DNA of 32,000 nucleotides. Source: an uncultured archaeon (GTDB taxonomy: Archaea; Asgardarchaeota; Jordiarchaeia; Jordiarchaeales; Jordiarchaeaceae). How positions within the stretch are numbered: position 1 is the first letter of the stretch; every line of letters begins with the position of its first letter. Positions 28,180 to 32,000 of the stretch are shown in pieces. The notes under the pieces were generated by a model. That model saw only the letters and a program-made list of their open reading frames with translations. It ran no database searches and was not told the origin of the DNA. The DNA lies in contig CAZECW010000027.1 in NCBI GenBank assembly GCA_964510585.1, positions 1-32,000 on the forward strand, written 5' to 3'. The translations under genes were made by a program, and so were the position numbers.

Positions 28180-28533
28180 TTGCGCCGAGTGAAAAACCCA
28201 GCCACAGACAGACAAATAACAGAAACCACCATTCTACCACTATCTGTATAACCCCCTTCCAACTAGTCCACATATTTTCGAAGCAGAGATATAATTGAGA
28301 AGAGTTCAAATGTTAAAAAGGAATATTAGGGCTCGTTTGGAAGAAGGATAGGTATGGAAAATATTAGCCGGGAATGTCGGTACATCTAAGACTTGTGCAG
28401 TGGTATATACTTCTATGCTTAAAGGATTGAAGCTATGTGGGTTGAGGGACTGCATAAAAAGAGCAAAGTTCTCCTTTTGGTTAAGTTTTTGAACGTTACA
28501 AAAATAAAAAGGAGGGGGGAATGACGATGATTG

Positions 28534-29956
28534 TTACTTTACTTCTGGGCGTGTGTCTTTTAGGAAGATGACTATTGCTATTAGTGCTATACCAACTATT
28601 ACCACGAAGAGTATGGCTCCGAAGAATGCTCCGGGGAGGTTTAGTGGTGCGCTGGGTATTAGGCTGAACCACCATGCTCTGCTGACTGCGGAGAGGTAGC
28701 TTTGCCAGTAGTATATTTGGGATAGGAGGTAGGAGAATGAGGAGGTTTCTAGCGATTCCATGACTAGTGGTCCCACGGCGCCGCCTAGGTTTCCTAGGGT
28801 GTATAGGCCTCCGACTGCGAGGCCTGCCAGCATGGGTCCGATTGCTTTTGTTTCCATTGCGACTTGGAAGGATATGGGCATGGCGGAGAGTAGGAAGAAT
28901 CCTAGTAGGAAGGCTGCAAGCATTATGATCCAGCCGCTCATTGTTCCTATGATGTAGACGAGTGGGGGTGTTACTATTGCTGTGAGGACTATGAAGGGTT
29001 TTCTTCTTTTTATCTTGTCTGATATTGTGGGAAGTATTAGGCATCCGAAGATTCCGCCGAAGGTGATTAATGCGCCTACTGTTCCTCCTGTAATTTGTGA
29101 CTGTGACACTATGATGGGTAGAAGGTAGGGGTTGGCTTGGGCGAGGTATACTTCAACGAATTTTTCGAAGATTGGTGCGTTTGAGGAGACAATGTTTTGT
29201 ATCCAGGTTGTCAGGCCCAAATAAACTATGAAGCCTAAAGAATAGTGCCGAGAGTACCCAGAACTGTCTAACTCTTAGTATTCGACTGAAGCCCGCTCTT
29301 AGGGGTACCTCCTTTTCCTCAACTCTTGGTTCTGGGGGTAGGGGTGGCTTCTCTCTGGCAACTGCAAAGAATATGATTGCAACAATGACTGCCATAAATC
29401 CGTAAATGAGGCTGAGGTTTCTTAGGCTCTCATAAGCGTTGAAAAGTGGGTTGCCTAACATGTTTACGAGCACTGGGGAGAGGAATAGTGGAACCATTAG
29501 GCCCACGAATTGGGATAGCACTCCTATCCCTTGGGCTGTTGCGCCTTCCTTGAAGGGGAACCATTGGGTTGTTAGTTTTGAGATGCCGTCAAAAACAAAG
29601 AGTCCTACTGTTGTTATTGCTATTTGGCTAATCAGCAAAGTTACTAGGTCTGGTGCGAAGGCTCTCAAAACTCCTATTACTGCGAAGGCAATGGCACTAA
29701 ACCCGCTGGTTTTTTTCCATCCCCACTTATCAACACCTGCACCGAAGGGAAACGATAGTACGAAGGACACCAATGGGCCTTCGATGGTTAGGAGGGCAAC
29801 TAAGCTTTGATCTGCAAACGGTCCGAATGCGAAGGCCACTGTTTGAGGTATTGTTGCGAACTCAATCCATAGGAGCTGTGTAATGAAGAAAACAAGGCAA
29901 TAGGAGCCGAGTACTGCCCACCGCCGTCTATATACTTGGTAAGTGGCTTTGCTCAT
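28534..29956 (-). pseudogene. MFS transporter split by a single +1 frameshift (or a sequencing error)
   Basis: ORFs 29153..29956 and 28534..29220 join as ...FWVLSALF/LGFIVYLGLTTWI if one base of the A3 run at 29237-29239 is removed. MFS motif-A-like FGAGVDKWGWKK and ISDKIKRRKP. Confidence 0.85.
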
Positions 29957-30520
29957 TTTAATTACCTCAAATTTTTGCCTTTTTTTGGAGGCAACCCCTA
30001 TTTAAACTATACGATTATGTAACATAAATATAATTTAATATAAAATTACAAATATATGAAAAATAGAAAAATTATTAACTTTACTAAAATAACATATTTA
30101 ATAGGAATAAACTATCCATAACAATTTTAAAAAGAAAACTTTACAAAATCAACCCACAAACCCGCTGAAAAATAAAGGAACCGTGACGATTTTCTTCCCC
30201 ACAAAAAAGGGTAGATGCATATAACTATTAGGATAAGGAATGAAAGAAACAAATCATAAAAAATGAAACTGGAACATACCCTGCTCGCGAAACCCCCTTC
30301 GAAAAACTCCCTGCTTTTCGAAAAAAGCTCCATTTAGGGCATCCTTCCTCAGCTATGATTGCTTATCAAAAAGTCCAAAAACAAATTCTTGAGAGCCTCA
30401 GTGACATAGCACCCCGTTTTCGGCTGCAACAGCTTAAGCGTGTACAAGAGGTTTAAAAAGTCTTATAATGGAATTCAGCTCATGTCCAGTCTGATAAACT
30501 TATTATTGGAGGATTAATAA

Positions 30521-31591
30521 TTGGATGAGATTTACAGAAAGCTGAGAGGGAAGCTCGACCGGGCTCCCATTGGATTTCCAGAAGGCAGAGGAGCCATCGA
30601 GATTCTCAAAAACCTTTTCACCCCCGAAGAGGCGGAACTGGCACTCAAACTCCCTATGATTACCAAATCTCTTGAGGAGATAGCCGCCGAGCTAAACGAA
30701 GACCCCGCAACTCTTAGAGAGAAGCTTGACGGTATGGCGAGTAGAGGAACAGTTTTAGCCGTAGAAAAAGAAGGAAAAAAGCTTTACCGACTACTACCCT
30801 CCGTGGTGGGATTTTGGGAAACACCCTTCTGGCCAGGAAAAAAGGATGAGAGAACACTAAAGCTTGCTCCACTTTGGAGAAACTACTTTGAAGAAAAATT
30901 CGCTTACGAAGTGGGTGACAGGAAACAGATCATATTCCGCATCATACCCGTAGACATTGCCATATCGCCCAAATCTATGATAACTCCCTTTGAAGATGTT
31001 ATCGAGCTCCTCAAACCCTTAAACTATTTTGCAGTTGCCCATTGCCCCTGTAGACAGATTGCAGCCTACACCGGCGATGGATGCGATCACTCACTTGAGG
31101 TATGCCTTCACTTTGACAGTATTGGAGAATACATGGTAAAACATGGTTTAGCAAGAGAGATAACCAGGGAAGAAACAATAAAAATTCTCAGAAAAGCCAA
31201 CGAGGAAGGACTCGTCCACATGACTGATAATCACCAGGGAAAAATCACCACAATATGCAACTGCTGCGGGTGCTGCTGCATATTCTTCAAAATGCTTAAA
31301 GAAATGAACCTACCCAGAGCAGTGGCAAAATCCAACTACGTAAGCAGGGTAGACACCGAGCTATGCGCAGCCTGTGGAACCTGCGCCGAACGCTGCCCCA
31401 TGCAAGCAATAAAAGTAGACGACTTCGCAGTAGTAAACGAGGAAAAATGTGTGGGATGCGGAGTCTGCTACCCCACATGTCCACAAAAAGCCATAACCCT
31501 CGTAAGAAGGCCCGAAGATAAAATCGTAGAAATCCCAGACAGAAAAACATACATAAACAACCTCCTCAAAGAAAAAGGACTAATCCCATAA
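30521..31591 (+). CDS. 4Fe-4S dicluster domain protein with N-terminal helical/wHTH region and extra Cys-rich motifs
   Basis: CAACGTCAERCP and CVGCGVCYPTCP ferredoxin motifs; also HCPCR, CDHSLEVC, ICNCCGCCC. Confidence 0.88.
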   Translation: MDEIYRKLRGKLDRAPIGFPEGRGAIEILKNLFTPEEAELALKLPMITKSLEEIAAELNEDPATLREKLDGMASRGTVLAVEKEGKKLYRLLPSVVGFWETPFWPGKKDERTLKLAPLWRNYFEEKFAYEVGDRKQIIFRIIPVDIAISPKSMITPFEDVIELLKPLNYFAVAHCPCRQIAAYTGDGCDHSLEVCLHFDSIGEYMVKHGLAREITREETIKILRKANEEGLVHMTDNHQGKITTICNCCGCCCIFFKMLKEMNLPRAVAKSNYVSRVDTELCAACGTCAERCPMQAIKVDDFAVVNEEKCVGCGVCYPTCPQKAITLVRRPEDKIVEIPDRKTYINNLLKEKGLIP

Positions 31592-31875
31592 CTAGAAACC
31601 AACCCCTCTCCTTACCAAAAGTAACAAAACTCTCATAAAAAACAGTACCTACTACAAATTCACCCCTTTTCCCAATCATGACTCCCACGGTTAATTCACA
31701 AAAAATATTTCAAGCGTATTTGCGCCGCAACAATTGATTATTGGTTCTTCTTGCGGTAATGTTTTATAAGACTGGCGATCCACTATTTTTTGGCTTGGCA
31801 AACAATGAAGTTTTGCATTTGATTTCCAACTCTCACCTGTCACTAAGGGATGTTGGACTTGCGGAGGCTTAATCC

Positions 31876-32000
31876 TTGTTAGTTTTGGGAGTCGATGGTG
31901 GGGCCACAAAGACTGCATGTGTGGTGGCTGACGAAAATTTTAAGATTTTAGGTGTGGGAGTAGCTGGCTCCAGTAACTACCACGTGGTAGGTGTGGAAGC
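31876..32000 (+). CDS. BadF/BadG/BcrA/BcrD-type ATPase (N-acetylglucosamine-kinase-like), 5' part only
   Basis: Not in the ORF track. TTG at 31876 after GGAGG gives MLVLGVDGGATKTACVVADENFKILGVGVAGSSNYHVVGVE..., with the ASKHA phosphate-1 motif GVDGGATKT and the family motif GSSN. Runs off the window. Confidence 0.85.
   Translation, partial: MLVLGVDGGATKTACVVADENFKILGVGVAGSSNYHVVGVE

Noticed and set aside
1040-31550. Many ORF-track entries antisense to or nested in the called genes (e.g. 1040..1444, 6640..7224, 9503..10012, 16106..16681, 28496..29044)
   Set aside because: Shadow frames of well-supported genes, with no independent motifs.
1-32000. CRISPR array, rRNA, tRNA, integrase or intact IS element
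   Set aside because: No regularly spaced repeats, cloverleaf, rRNA-like tract or full-length recombinase/transposase ORF seen.

Overview
Archaeal chromosomal window, most consistent with an Asgard archaeon. This is an inference from two longin-domain/Arf-like GTPase fusions, a further longin-like domain on a membrane protein, TATA/BRE promoters and AGGTGA/GGAGG ribosome-binding sites. It has five parts. (1) ~0.85-8.9 kb, a candidate signalling locus: two paralogous longin-Arf-like GTPase genes flank a multi-zinc-ribbon (TackOD1-like)/Lrp regulator, a PH-like/glycine-zipper/zinc-ribbon protein and a coiled-coil/winged-helix protein, and a GvpD/KaiC-like ATPase converges on them. (2) A membrane-anchored surface glycoprotein. 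(3) ~11-18.4 kb, a lipid/ester metabolism neighbourhood: two alpha/beta hydrolases, a V4R-like protein, a repeat-built membrane protein, an acyl-CoA ligase and a KAS III-like enzyme. (4) A radical SAM/SPASM gene, a decayed MNT-HEPN toxin-antitoxin pair and a 954-aa receptor-like protein with a cytosolic longin-like domain. (5) PadR plus a HAAS-like membrane protein, glutaredoxin, a frameshifted MFS transporter, a 4Fe-4S protein and the start of a BadF/BadG-type kinase. No rRNA, tRNA, CRISPR array or intact mobile element was found. All domain calls come from motif recognition by eye; no searches were run. Several start codons are moved downstream of the ORF-track start where an RBS or family alignment supports it.
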